Source: Flavipsychrobacter sp.
GTDB lineage: Bacteria > Bacteroidota > Bacteroidia > Chitinophagales > Chitinophagaceae
Direction of reading: 5' to 3'
Length of the DNA stretch: 30,151 nt
Assembly: GCA_036568285.1 (NCBI GenBank)
Contig: DATCSV010000334.1
Coordinates: 1 to 30,151, forward strand
Each line of letters opens with the position of its first letter. The stretch's first letter is position 1. The position numbers and the translations under genes were made by a program. This document shows, one piece after another, positions 1-9,805 of the stretch. Under the pieces are notes generated by a model, which ran no database searches, had not been told where the DNA came from, and was given only the letters and a program-made list of their open reading frames with translations.

Positions 1-1400
1 AAATCGTTAACGGCGAGTGTAGTGATCTTTTTCAGTTTACCGGTATCAGGTTGAAACTGGCCGATATCTGCCACCAGCATATCTTCATAGGTTAGTTGAT
101 TTTTAAACAGCATCTGCAGGTAAAACTCAGGCTTTGCATAATCGCTCTCGTATTTGCGCTGTGCCTGTAGCAGACTTAGGGAATACACCATGCCTACGCC
201 CACCAGGCAAGCTGCCGCAAATAAAATTTTCACCGCTATTCCTTTGCGGGAGATAAACTGTATAAATGCCGCTAAAGGCAACCCAAGCAAAGGATACATG
301 TGCAGCATAGGACGCGACCCCAAACCGTTGATGTAGTTGTAGCAGAACCAGGAGTAAATGACGTAAATGAACAGGGGGAGTATCACAAATACCGGCAAGC
401 GCCATTGTCTTACGTTGTTGCGAAGCGGCAGGCCGGCTAAAGCGAAGATCATAACCGGTGCGTAGGGCAGCCAGCCGTTGCCCGTTGAAAAAAGACCCTC
501 TATAATTTTGGGATCAGTCCAGTTGAAAGACTGGCCCAGATAGCTATCATAAAAGAACTGACCGGTAACCAATTTCCAATATAATATTTGCGGTATCGCC
601 GGCAGGAGAAAACAAAGTGCTGCCAAAGTTATCCTGCCGTAATGTTGCCGGATAAACTGCCAGCGTTGCCGCAGGGTTGTTTTATTATAAACCCCATATA
701 GCAGTGGGATAAGCAGGCATAATATATCGCTGGGACGCATTATAGTAATAAGGCCTGCAGTAATGCCTGTTGCAATAAAGTGCCAGGTGCTGGGCTGCTC
801 ATATAGTCGCACTGTCAGGTACATCAGCAAGGCATATAAAAAGAACAACGGGATGTGGCTCATGCCGGCCTGGGCAAATGTAAACCACAGCATATTTGTG
901 CCCATAAGTACCAACACTGTTGCCAGGAATGCATGCAGGTGGTTGAAATATCTTCTGAGTATCCTGTACACCAGCAACAGGCCCAACAGGCTGTATACTA
1001 TACTGCTTGCTAATATACCTGCAGCATACGAACTGCCGTAGCCGTTGGCAGGCAGTCCCGCCATTTTCTCGTACAGATGTGCCGCAAGAAAGAAAGGCGT
1101 TTCCATCAAAGCGACAGCATATGTGTATTGGTTGAGCCAGTAAGGCAGCCCGGCTTCTATACCGAACTGTTTGCTCCAGCTCGTATAGTGCAACACACCT
1201 TCCGGTATGCCCGCATCAGCAGGCAGTTGTGCCATGTCCTGCAGGTTGTCATATATGAATGCTGAGGGCAGGTACACATAATAGCCCATCACATCGCCAT
1301 AAAAAACGAAGCGTTCGCCGGAGTTATACTTTCCTGTTAGAATAAAGCCGGATACCAGTATGGTTGCGATGATAAGCAGTGAGATTAACTTACGCGGCAT
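1..1400 (-). CDS. Multi-pass membrane protein, probable GT-C-fold (ArnT/PMT-like) glycosyltransferase; runs off the left edge (>=466 aa)
   Basis: Not in the ORF track because it has no stop inside the window. Hand translation from ATG 1400: MPRKLISLLIIATILVSGFILTGKYNSGERFVFYGDVMGYYVYLPSAF...NQYTYAVALMETPFFLAAH...LITIMRPSD...NGLGSRPMLHMYP...LQMLFKNQLTYEDMLVADIGQFQPD. It has many hydrophobic helices, an acidic D-x-x-GYY-x-YLP motif in the first outside loop and an RP motif after a mid-protein helix, all typical of GT-C enzymes. Confidence 0.7.
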   Translation of the reverse strand, partial: MPRKLISLLIIATILVSGFILTGKYNSGERFVFYGDVMGYYVYLPSAFIYDNLQDMAQLPADAGIPEGVLHYTSWSKQFGIEAGLPYWLNQYTYAVALMETPFFLAAHLYEKMAGLPANGYGSSYAAGILASSIVYSLLGLLLVYRILRRYFNHLHAFLATVLVLMGTNMLWFTFAQAGMSHIPLFFLYALLMYLTVRLYEQPSTWHFIATGITAGLITIMRPSDILCLLIPLLYGVYNKTTLRQRWQFIRQHYGRITLAALCFLLPAIPQILYWKLVTGQFFYDSYLGQSFNWTDPKIIEGLFSTGNGWLPYAPVMIFALAGLPLRNNVRQWRLPVFVILPLFIYVIYSWFCYNYINGLGSRPMLHMYPLLGLPLAAFIQFISRKGIAVKILFAAACLVGVGMVYSLSLLQAQRKYESDYAKPEFYLQMLFKNQLTYEDMLVADIGQFQPDTGKLKKITTLAVND

Positions 1401-1483
1401 TTAAAGGGCTGTTTCGCTTGTAATATAAATATTATTCTGCAGTGGAGGCGTGGGGGGATATTTATTGCGCTGCCGAAATACAC

Positions 1484-1491
1484 TACTTTTG
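1484..1491 (+). promoter_or_regulatory. Bacteroidota housekeeping-sigma -7 box (TAnnTTTG) for pdxJ
   Basis: TACTTTTG is an exact consensus match, 4 nt upstream of ATG 1496. Confidence 0.65.
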
Positions 1492-1495
1492 CGCT

Positions 1496-2215
1496 ATGTC
1501 CACCAAGCTTTCAGTTAACATCAATAAGATAGCCACGCTGCGCAATAGCAGGGGCGGTAATGTACCTGATGTGTTACAGGCAGCTATCAATTGCCAGTTG
1601 TTTGGCGCAGATGGCATTACCGTACACCCGCGTCCCGACGAAAGGCATATACGGTACGATGATGTACGCCGTATTAAGCCCGTAATCACCACGGAATTCA
1701 ATATTGAGGGCAACCCTAAAGTAGACAAGTTTGTGAACCTGGTACTGGAAACGAGGCCGGAGCAGGTAACGTTGGTGCCCGATACTGAAGGACAACTGAC
1801 ATCAGACCACGGATGGGATACTATAAAAGAAGCGGCTTATCTCAGGGAAATAATAGAAGTGTTTAAAAAGGCAGGTATCCGCGTGTCGATTTTTGTAGAC
1901 CCGGTGCCGGATATGGTAGCCGCTGCCGCCGATACAGGTACAGACAGGATAGAACTATATACAGAAGCCTACGCAAAAAACTACCGTGCAGATAAAGAAA
2001 AGGCCGTAGCGCCGTATGCGCAGGCAGCACGGGTAGCCATCGAAAAGAACCTGGGTATAAACGCCGGGCATGACCTGGATATGGACAACCTTCAATACTT
2101 CTCAAAAGCAGTTCCGGGCTTGCTGGAAGTGTCTATTGGACATGCGCTTATTGCCGATGCTTTGTATTATGGGCTGGAAAACACCATACAGCTATACAAG
2201 CGTAAGCTCAAGTAG
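1496..2215 (+). CDS. pdxJ: Pyridoxine 5'-phosphate synthase
   Basis: [55 protein letters not shown] and EVSIGHALI are PdxJ motifs. Start moved from the track's GTG 1442 to ATG 1496 (MSTKLSVN), which fits the family N-terminus and the promoter position. Confidence 0.97.
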   Translation: MSTKLSVNINKIATLRNSRGGNVPDVLQAAINCQLFGADGITVHPRPDERHIRYDDVRRIKPVITTEFNIEGNPKVDKFVNLVLETRPEQVTLVPDTEGQLTSDHGWDTIKEAAYLREIIEVFKKAGIRVSIFVDPVPDMVAAAADTGTDRIELYTEAYAKNYRADKEKAVAPYAQAARVAIEKNLGINAGHDLDMDNLQYFSKAVPGLLEVSIGHALIADALYYGLENTIQLYKRKLK

Positions 2216-2219
2216 TTTC

Positions 2220-2248
2220 GTTAACAAGCTAATAACATTTCATTAACA
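2220..2248 (+). promoter_or_regulatory. Three direct repeats (TTAACA/ATAACA/TTAACA) at 11-bp period, candidate winged-helix regulator site
   Basis: GTTAACAAGCT-AATAACATTTC-ATTAACA, with hexamers starting at 2221, 2232 and 2243. Confidence 0.4.
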
Positions 2249-2385
2249 AGTCGTGTGAGGTATATGTCGCTTATATACAGCTGATTACCATGCTTAAACA
2301 GGTGGCATTTTTCTTCATTTAATTGCAGTGCCCCGATTTGCAGAGGCCAAAGCAAAGAACTAAGTACAAGCGTATTAACATTTGA

Positions 2386-2393
2386 TACTTTTG
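2386..2393 (+). promoter_or_regulatory. -7 promoter box for the giant T9SS cargo/PorP operon
   Basis: TACTTTTG is an exact TAnnTTTG match about 100 nt upstream of ATG 2497. Confidence 0.55.
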
Positions 2394-2496
2394 TATCCAG
2401 AGAGGATAAAAGGGATAAAAAACTATACCGCAATGTCACCCCGCCTTTTACCTGCGTAACATATAGAGAGTTTTATTTAACGGTACTGAAAAATTT

Positions 2497-5400
2497 ATGA
2501 TCAGGAAATTGTATGCGCTGGCCATATTAATCATGGCATTGTCAGCATCGTTCAACACGTATGCACAGGTGCCTGTTGCATCGTTCACGGCAAGCAAAAC
2601 ATCGGGCTGTTCGCCAGTGGTGGTGCAGTTCACCGACCAGAGCACCGGCAGCCCTACCAGTTGGCTCTGGGATTTGGGCAACGGCGGTAGCTCCACGCTA
2701 CAAAACCCATCTGCTACCTACATTACACCGGGTACCTACACCATTATCCTCACAGCTACCAATGCTAATGGAAGCACCAACGATACCAGCTATATAACGG
2801 TATATGCTGCTCCAACGGTGGCGTTTACGGCAGACAGCAGCACGGCCTGCGGCAGCAAAACGGTTACATTCACCAACCTGACCACGCCCGGTGCGGGTGG
2901 AGCGGTCTCCTACTTCTGGGATTTCGGCGATGGTGATTCTTCTACAGCAGTGAATCCCACGCACACCTATACCTACCCCGGCAATTTTGCCGTGTCATTG
3001 GTGGTAGTTAACAGCAACGGCTGTACGGGTACACTGACGAAAAGCAATTACATAACTGTAATAGGGAAACCTACGACGGCATTCACTGCTAATAACACTT
3101 CAGGATGCAACGCGCCCTTCCAGGTGACATTTACCAATAGCAGCACCAATGCCGTTAGCTACCAGTGGAGTTTTGGAGATGGTAATAGCTCCACGGCCGC
3201 CAATCCCACACATACCTACACCGCCCCCGGCACTTATAATGTGCGGCTGATAAGCACCGGTGCCAATGGCTGTAAGGACACGCTTACCAAAAATGCTTAT
3301 ATCGTCATAGGGCAGGTGAACGCCAATTTTGCTACCAGTAGCCCCGTTTGCGCCGGGCAGACCATTACGTTTACTAATACCACCACGCCGGGACCCGGTG
3401 GCAGCAGGCTTTGGAACTTTGGCAACGGCGGTACCAGCACGGTACTGAATCCTGTTTATACGTATAGCACTACGGGCACCTATACCGTTACACTTATTGA
3501 GCAGTATGCAAATAACTGCAATGACACGGTACAAAAAACAGTAACTGTCAATGCTAAACCTTCAGCAGGATTTGTTTCAGCAGACACGGTAGGTTGTGCA
3601 GTGCCCTTCTCTGCAAGTTTTACCAATACATCAACGGGTGCATCTTCGTACGCATGGTCGTTCGGCACGGGCACGTCAACCGCTACCAACCCAACACATA
3701 TCTATAATGCACTGGGTATATACGCAGTAACATTAGTGGCTACATCAGGCAACGGCTGTAAAGACACGTTCCGGAGGAATAATTATATAAAGATACGTGT
3801 GCCTGTAGCAACACTGGCAGCCAGCCCCGACAGTACCTGTGCCAATACACCTGTGCAGTTTACCTCAACGCTCAACTCACCTTTGAATGCCAGTAACTAT
3901 CGTTGGGATTTCGGCGATGGCAGCAGTATTGTCAACTGCGCGGGCTGTAAGAATCAGACACATACTTATAGCAGCAGTGGTACTTATACCGTTACATTGG
4001 TAGTTACTACTGCAAGTGGCTGCCACGATACCGTTACCAGGAATGTTCTTGTCAGCTCGAAACCAACAGCGGGTTTTACAGGGAGTCCGCTTACTATTTG
4101 TCCTGACGCGACCGTGGGTTTCACCAACTCATCTACAGGTGCCAATTCCTATTTCTGGATGTGGGGAGATGGCTTCACTGATACAACCACTAACCCCGGG
4201 CATACGTACAACAGCGCAGGAACCTATACCGTTACATTAGTAGCAAGCAACAATGGATGTAAGGATACACTGACACGTACCAACTATGTAACAGTTCAAT
4301 TACCTCATGCTGATTTTTACCCGACATTCCAGTGCAGTAGCAGGCTTTCGTACACATTCCTCGACAGCTCTATTGGCGCCAATACTTATTTATGGGATTT
4401 TGGTGATGGTAATACATCCACCACCGCAGGCAACGTAACACATACGTATACAACTCCGGGATATTATAATGTCCAGCTCAAAGTGTACAATACGTTAACC
4501 GGCTGCTACGATACTATCACGAAGAAGATAAGTGCGATACCGGTAACTACTCCATCATTTTCCGCAGCAGATACCACGCTATGCCCCAAAGACCTGCTTA
4601 GCCTGACAAGGGCATTGGCTACCGGCCTTACTTACAAGTGGTATATCGGGCCGTTCATCAGCACGAGCCAGGCACCAACAGTTAACTTCACCTACGACCT
4701 GGTAGGACCCATTACTGTTAAGCTGGTTGCTACGGACAGCTTTGGCTGTAAAGACAGCCTGGTGAAAACTAATTACCTCAAATACGGTGGGGCCAATGTG
4801 GACTTTACTGCCAGCACAACCAACCCGTGCAAGAATGCACCGCTGGTATTCCAGGATATCAGTACGCCCGGATCGTTTTCGATAGTGAACAGGTATTGGG
4901 ACTTCGGAGATGGCACACAGGCCAGTACAACATCGGACACCATTACCCATTCATTTAATAATTCCGGCCCATATACCATTAAACTGGTAGTGACGGATGC
5001 TAATGGCTGTAAAGACTCGCTGACCAAGGTGCATTTTGTCTACTCACATAAGCCTACCGCACAATTTCATACCGGCGACACGATAGTGTGCGCGGGAGAT
5101 ACAGTGAACTTTACTAACAATTCAGGTGGTACCAGTTTCACTTCATTCTGGCAGTTTGGTGATGGCGGCACTTCGTTTAATATTACGCCGTGGCATATAT
5201 ACAGCTCGGTGGGCAATTACACAGTCAAGCTAACTATTACAGACAGCTTTGGGTGCAAGGATTCTATGACCAGGGTGAATTACGTTAAGGTGCAGAAACC
5301 AACAGCAGCCTTTACTATGAGCGATACTGTGGCTGACTGTCCGCCAATTACTGTGTACATGACCAATACTTCTACCAACAGCGTTTCGTATGCATGGACG

Positions 5401-8400
5401 TTTGGCAACAACAACCAGTCTTCTTTCACCAATCCCTCAACCACCTATACATACCCGGGTGTATATACCGTAAGACTGGTGGCTACCAATGTGGCGGGTT
5501 GTAAAGATTCTACTACTAAGACGGTAACGGTCAATGGCCCCACCGGCTCGTTCTCTTATACACCCATTACCGGATGTACACCGCTTACTGTCCAGTTTAC
5601 AGCTGTATCCAATAATACTACTTCGTATATATGGGATATGAATAATGGTTTCACGCAAACAACAGGAACAGGTTCGTATTCGTACACTTATACCCAGCGC
5701 GGCCGGTATGTGCCCAAACTGATATTGAGCGATGGTGCGCTTTGCCAGGTACCTATTCAAAATGCAGATACCATAACGGTAGATGAAATGGAAGCCGACT
5801 TCTCTTATACCGCGGCCGGTAATTTATGTAATACAGACACGGTACTTTTTGACGACACCATTTTTCACACACTATCCGGTATCACATCGCGTGCATGGAC
5901 CTTCGGCGACGGCGGCACCAGCACGGCAGAAGATCCTTCGCATTATTATGCGACTCCCGGCACCTACCAGGTAAGGTTGATCATCAACAATACCAATGGC
6001 TGTGCAGATACGGTTATTAAAACAGTTGTTGTACATGGTTTGCCACCGGTGAATATAACTGCGAGTGCAGACTCCATATGCCCGGGGCAGGCTACAGGCA
6101 TACAGCTTACAGCCACCGGTGCGTCTGTGTATAGCTGGACTCCGGCTACGGGATTGAGCTGCACCAACTGTGCCAATCCTACGGCAAATCCGCAATCAAC
6201 AACAATTTATATTGTTACCGGTACCGATACAAACGGCTGTGAAAATTATGACACAGTAACCATTCACCTGAAGCCCAAGCCCGTAATAACTATAACGGGC
6301 GATACCACCATCTGCGAAGGCGAAACAACACAACTGACAGCATCGGGTGCGATCAGCCATGCCTGGACACCGGCTACAGGACTATCCTGTACGCCTTGTT
6401 CTAACCCCGTGGCTTCACCATCTACCACAACAGGTTATACTATTATCGGTACAAACGGCTCGGGCTGTAAAGACACTGCGGAACTGACTATTACCGTTTT
6501 GACAAAGCCTGTAGTAACAACGAACAGTAATCAGACAATATGTAATAGTGATACAGCCCTTTTAACAGCCACAGGTGCCAACAGCTATGTTTGGTTGCCC
6601 GCTGCTACTTTATCATGCAGTACTTGCGACAGCACGTTGGCGTTTCCAGCTGTTACTACTGCCTATTCAGTTATCGGTACATCTGCCAATGGCTGTAAAG
6701 ACACCGCGGCAGTTACTGTGCAGGTAGATACGCTACCGGTGGTAAGCGCAGGCGCAGATAAAGAAATATGCATTGGCAGCAGCACAATGCTACTGGCAAC
6801 AGGTGCAAATACATACGCATGGACACCTGCCACAGGGTTAAGCAATGCCAACGCTGCCAACCCCACAGCTAATCCTACAGTAAGTACCACATATATTGTA
6901 ACAGGTACCAATGGGAACAACTGTTCTGCTACGGACACGGTGATTGTAACAGTGCATCCCCTGCCTACTGTAAGTGCAGGCACCGATAAGACGATATGTA
7001 AAGGTATCGGGGTAACGCTACAGGCTACGGGTGCTGATACTTTTACGTGGACACCCGCAACGGGGTTGTCATGCACCAATTGTGCTAACCCCATAGCCAA
7101 CCCTGCAACTACTACCACCTACGTAGTAACCGGTGCAGACAGCAATGGCTGCTCTGCCAAAGACACAGTGACTGTTTTTGTAAATCCACAACCAACCGTT
7201 GGTGCAGGAAGTGATAAAACCATCTGCCTCAACGATTCTGTACAACTGCTGGCTACGGGAGCGTCAACTTATACATGGTCGCCGGGTACAGGTTTGAGTT
7301 GTACCAATTGTGCCACCCCTACAGCCGGGCCAGCGGTTACTACTACATATACAGTTATTGGCACCGATGCCAATGGATGTAAGGATACTGCTTCGGTAAC
7401 TGTGAATGTAAACCCCTTACCGGTTATCGGTGCAGGGGCTAACAAATCAATATGCATCGGCGGCAGTGTCCAGCTCACTGCCACGGGTGGTAGTTCTTAT
7501 ATATGGTCGCCCAACTCTACACTGTCTTGCGGTAACTGTACCAGCCCCATAGCTACGCCTACTACCACCACCACTTACACCATAACAGGTACAGATACTA
7601 ATCTCTGTACAAGTACGGGACAAATTACCGTTGTTGTTAACCCGCTGCCTACCGTAAGCGCCGGCAGCGCACAAAGCATATGCCAGGGTGACTCAGTTCA
7701 GTTGCAGGCAACAGGTGCAGCAAGCTACACATGGTCGCCGGCCACCGGCTTGTCGCAGAACAATATTCCCAATCCTAAAGCCAGCCCGGCTGCCACTACC
7801 ACGTATACCGTTACAGGTACTGATGCTAACGGCTGTGTCAATACTGCCACGGTTACCGTGACGGTGAAACCAAGCCCTGTGGTAACAGCAGGAGCCGATG
7901 TAGCAATATGCCTCGGAAGTTCCGTGCAATTGCAGGCCACAGGCGCGGGAGCTTCGGGTACGTATAAGTGGGTGCCGGGCATAGGGCTCAGCTGCTCCAA
8001 CTGCCCTAACCCGGTAGCTTCGCCAACAGGCACTATTACTTATATCGTCACAGGTACTGCATCCAACCAATGTACCGATACAGATACAATAACTGTAAAA
8101 GTGAACCCGCTGCCTACAGTATCTGCAGGTGCTAATGTGAGCATATGCAAAAGGGATTCCACGCAACTACAGGCTACCGGTGCTGATACTTATACATGGT
8201 CGCCGGCTACTAAGTTGTCATGCCTGGGTTGCCAGTCGCCGTTTGCTAAGCCGGATACTACTATTACATATACTGTTGTAGGCGTGGATACCAACGGCTG
8301 TAAAGACACTGCATCAGTCACAGTTACAGTAAAACCTTTGCCGGTCATTTCCGTATCAGCGTCGCGCAGCAAAATATGTGAAAACGATACGGTACAATTG

Positions 8401-9780
8401 CTGGCAACGGGCGGTTCGCCTTATAGCTGGCTGCCCAACAACGGCCTTTCTTGTCCGACCTGCGCTAATCCTGTAGCTACTTTGCAGTATCCAACGACCT
8501 TCCAGGTAACCGGTTTCCTGAACGGCTGTGGTGATACAGCCAGCGTGTTTGTAGATGTAATTCCCAAACCGCCGGTATCTGCCGGGCCCGATAAAGAATT
8601 CTGTATAGGTGGCTCCTCTACGCTGAATGCAACAGGTGCCGGGACATATACCTGGTCGCCGGCCGGAGGGCTGAGCTGTACCAATTGCCCCTCACCGGTG
8701 GCTAATCCCACAGCTACCACTGTATACATAGTTACAGGTGTAGACAGCATCGGCTGCAAGGCTACAGATAATGTGACCGTTACGGTTAACCCGCTGCCAC
8801 TGATAAATGCGGGTGAAGATAAAACAGCCTGCGAAGGGCAACCTGTTCAGCTGAATGCAACGGGCGGTGTTAGTTACACCTGGTCTCCGGCTGCCGGGCT
8901 CAGTTGTACTGCCTGTGCTGACCCACTGGCTACCATCAACAGCACGGCTGCTTATACTGTGACGGGTACTGATGCCAAAGGCTGTGCCAATACAGATGAA
9001 ATAGTGGTGAATGTGATCAACAGGCAAGACGTGACTTACAGCAAGGACGACTCGATATGTATAGGCGAAGAGATCATGCTATCTGCTGCAGGTGGCACCA
9101 ACTATACCTGGTGGCCGGCACAGGGGCTGAGCAATACGCAGGGTGAAAGTGTTGTAGCTAAACCTTCAGGCACTACAAAGTATGGTGTTGTTATCAGGCA
9201 GGGCGACTGTTTTACAGATACAGGTTATGTAACCGTATATGTGTTCAGCTATCCTGAAATAGATGCCGGTCCGGACCTGGACATGAGAGGTGGTACGGAA
9301 GTACGGATAGAAACCAGGAGCAGTAATGTGAAGAGCTACCTGTGGACACCTGCTGAGGGATTGAACTGTACGGGCTGCGCTAATCCCGTAGCTTCACCCA
9401 GGCGCACTACTACCTACCTGGTAGAGGTCACATCCCCGCAGGGCTGTACGGCCAAAGATGATGTAACGGTGCATGTGACCTGCAGCGGCGACCAGCTCTT
9501 TATAGCCAACACCTTTACACCTAATAACGACGGCGTCAATGACCTGTTCTTCCCGCAGGGAAAAGGGTTGACGAATGTACAGCGCTTCAGCGTGTACACC
9601 CGTTGGGGCGAACTGGTATTCGACAGGCAGAATATGCCGCTGAACGACCCCAACTATGGCTGGGATGGTACGTTCAAAGGCGACCCGCTGAAACCGGATG
9701 TATTTGTGTATGTGGTAAGGGCTGTTTGTGACGATGGTCAGCCGATTGAAATAAAGGGCGATATATCATTAATACGATAA
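2497..9780 (+). CDS. 2427-aa PKD/Ig-repeat surface protein with type-B T9SS C-terminal domain (gliding motility-associated CTD, CHU_C-like); SprB-like cargo
   Basis: Sec signal peptide ending ...NTYAQ, 14 PKD domains (WDFGDG...HTY...G.Y.V.L) and 15 repeats of ~76 aa. The C-terminus FIANTFTPNNDGVNDLF...VYTRWGELVF...WDGTFKG...YVV...KGDISLIR is the type-B CTD. A PorP/SprF gene follows directly. Confidence 0.93.
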   Translation: MIRKLYALAILIMALSASFNTYAQVPVASFTASKTSGCSPVVVQFTDQSTGSPTSWLWDLGNGGSSTLQNPSATYITPGTYTIILTATNANGSTNDTSYITVYAAPTVAFTADSSTACGSKTVTFTNLTTPGAGGAVSYFWDFGDGDSSTAVNPTHTYTYPGNFAVSLVVVNSNGCTGTLTKSNYITVIGKPTTAFTANNTSGCNAPFQVTFTNSSTNAVSYQWSFGDGNSSTAANPTHTYTAPGTYNVRLISTGANGCKDTLTKNAYIVIGQVNANFATSSPVCAGQTITFTNTTTPGPGGSRLWNFGNGGTSTVLNPVYTYSTTGTYTVTLIEQYANNCNDTVQKTVTVNAKPSAGFVSADTVGCAVPFSASFTNTSTGASSYAWSFGTGTSTATNPTHIYNALGIYAVTLVATSGNGCKDTFRRNNYIKIRVPVATLAASPDSTCANTPVQFTSTLNSPLNASNYRWDFGDGSSIVNCAGCKNQTHTYSSSGTYTVTLVVTTASGCHDTVTRNVLVSSKPTAGFTGSPLTICPDATVGFTNSSTGANSYFWMWGDGFTDTTTNPGHTYNSAGTYTVTLVASNNGCKDTLTRTNYVTVQLPHADFYPTFQCSSRLSYTFLDSSIGANTYLWDFGDGNTSTTAGNVTHTYTTPGYYNVQLKVYNTLTGCYDTITKKISAIPVTTPSFSAADTTLCPKDLLSLTRALATGLTYKWYIGPFISTSQAPTVNFTYDLVGPITVKLVATDSFGCKDSLVKTNYLKYGGANVDFTASTTNPCKNAPLVFQDISTPGSFSIVNRYWDFGDGTQASTTSDTITHSFNNSGPYTIKLVVTDANGCKDSLTKVHFVYSHKPTAQFHTGDTIVCAGDTVNFTNNSGGTSFTSFWQFGDGGTSFNITPWHIYSSVGNYTVKLTITDSFGCKDSMTRVNYVKVQKPTAAFTMSDTVADCPPITVYMTNTSTNSVSYAWTFGNNNQSSFTNPSTTYTYPGVYTVRLVATNVAGCKDSTTKTVTVNGPTGSFSYTPITGCTPLTVQFTAVSNNTTSYIWDMNNGFTQTTGTGSYSYTYTQRGRYVPKLILSDGALCQVPIQNADTITVDEMEADFSYTAAGNLCNTDTVLFDDTIFHTLSGITSRAWTFGDGGTSTAEDPSHYYATPGTYQVRLIINNTNGCADTVIKTVVVHGLPPVNITASADSICPGQATGIQLTATGASVYSWTPATGLSCTNCANPTANPQSTTIYIVTGTDTNGCENYDTVTIHLKPKPVITITGDTTICEGETTQLTASGAISHAWTPATGLSCTPCSNPVASPSTTTGYTIIGTNGSGCKDTAELTITVLTKPVVTTNSNQTICNSDTALLTATGANSYVWLPAATLSCSTCDSTLAFPAVTTAYSVIGTSANGCKDTAAVTVQVDTLPVVSAGADKEICIGSSTMLLATGANTYAWTPATGLSNANAANPTANPTVSTTYIVTGTNGNNCSATDTVIVTVHPLPTVSAGTDKTICKGIGVTLQATGADTFTWTPATGLSCTNCANPIANPATTTTYVVTGADSNGCSAKDTVTVFVNPQPTVGAGSDKTICLNDSVQLLATGASTYTWSPGTGLSCTNCATPTAGPAVTTTYTVIGTDANGCKDTASVTVNVNPLPVIGAGANKSICIGGSVQLTATGGSSYIWSPNSTLSCGNCTSPIATPTTTTTYTITGTDTNLCTSTGQITVVVNPLPTVSAGSAQSICQGDSVQLQATGAASYTWSPATGLSQNNIPNPKASPAATTTYTVTGTDANGCVNTATVTVTVKPSPVVTAGADVAICLGSSVQLQATGAGASGTYKWVPGIGLSCSNCPNPVASPTGTITYIVTGTASNQCTDTDTITVKVNPLPTVSAGANVSICKRDSTQLQATGADTYTWSPATKLSCLGCQSPFAKPDTTITYTVVGVDTNGCKDTASVTVTVKPLPVISVSASRSKICENDTVQLLATGGSPYSWLPNNGLSCPTCANPVATLQYPTTFQVTGFLNGCGDTASVFVDVIPKPPVSAGPDKEFCIGGSSTLNATGAGTYTWSPAGGLSCTNCPSPVANPTATTVYIVTGVDSIGCKATDNVTVTVNPLPLINAGEDKTACEGQPVQLNATGGVSYTWSPAAGLSCTACADPLATINSTAAYTVTGTDAKGCANTDEIVVNVINRQDVTYSKDDSICIGEEIMLSAAGGTNYTWWPAQGLSNTQGESVVAKPSGTTKYGVVIRQGDCFTDTGYVTVYVFSYPEIDAGPDLDMRGGTEVRIETRSSNVKSYLWTPAEGLNCTGCANPVASPRRTTTYLVEVTSPQGCTAKDDVTVHVTCSGDQLFIANTFTPNNDGVNDLFFPQGKGLTNVQRFSVYTRWGELVFDRQNMPLNDPNYGWDGTFKGDPLKPDVFVYVVRAVCDDGQPIEIKGDISLIR
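2569..6036 (+). repeat. 14 tandem PKD-type domains (protein-level repeat)
   Basis: Manual alignment of ~80-87-aa units: P.A.F......C....V.F.N.S......W.FGDG......P.H.Y...G.Y.V.L......GC.D...... Confidence 0.85.
6037..9480 (+). repeat. 15 tandem ~76-aa Cys-rich Ig-like repeats (protein-level repeat)
   Basis: Consensus PLP.VSAG.D..IC.G.SVQL.ATGA..Y.W.PATGLSC.NC.NP.A.P..TTTY.VTGTD.NGC..T..VTV.V; 3444 nt/15 = ~230 nt per unit. Confidence 0.9.
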
Positions 9781-9805
9781 AAGAGAATTTTTTAAAAAAG
9801 AGAGT

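Noticed and set aside
127-1265. Track ORFs 127-405, 154-336, 763-1041 and 1077-1265
   Set aside because: All overlap the long minus-strand membrane-protein frame ending at ATG 1400, which is the coherent gene.
6037-9480. Periodic DNA (~230 nt) as a possible CRISPR or tandem DNA repeat; CxxC as c-type heme or thioredoxin sites
   Set aside because: The repeats are in-frame, synonymous-diverged protein domains with no spacer structure. No CxxCH occurs and there is no thioredoxin-fold context.
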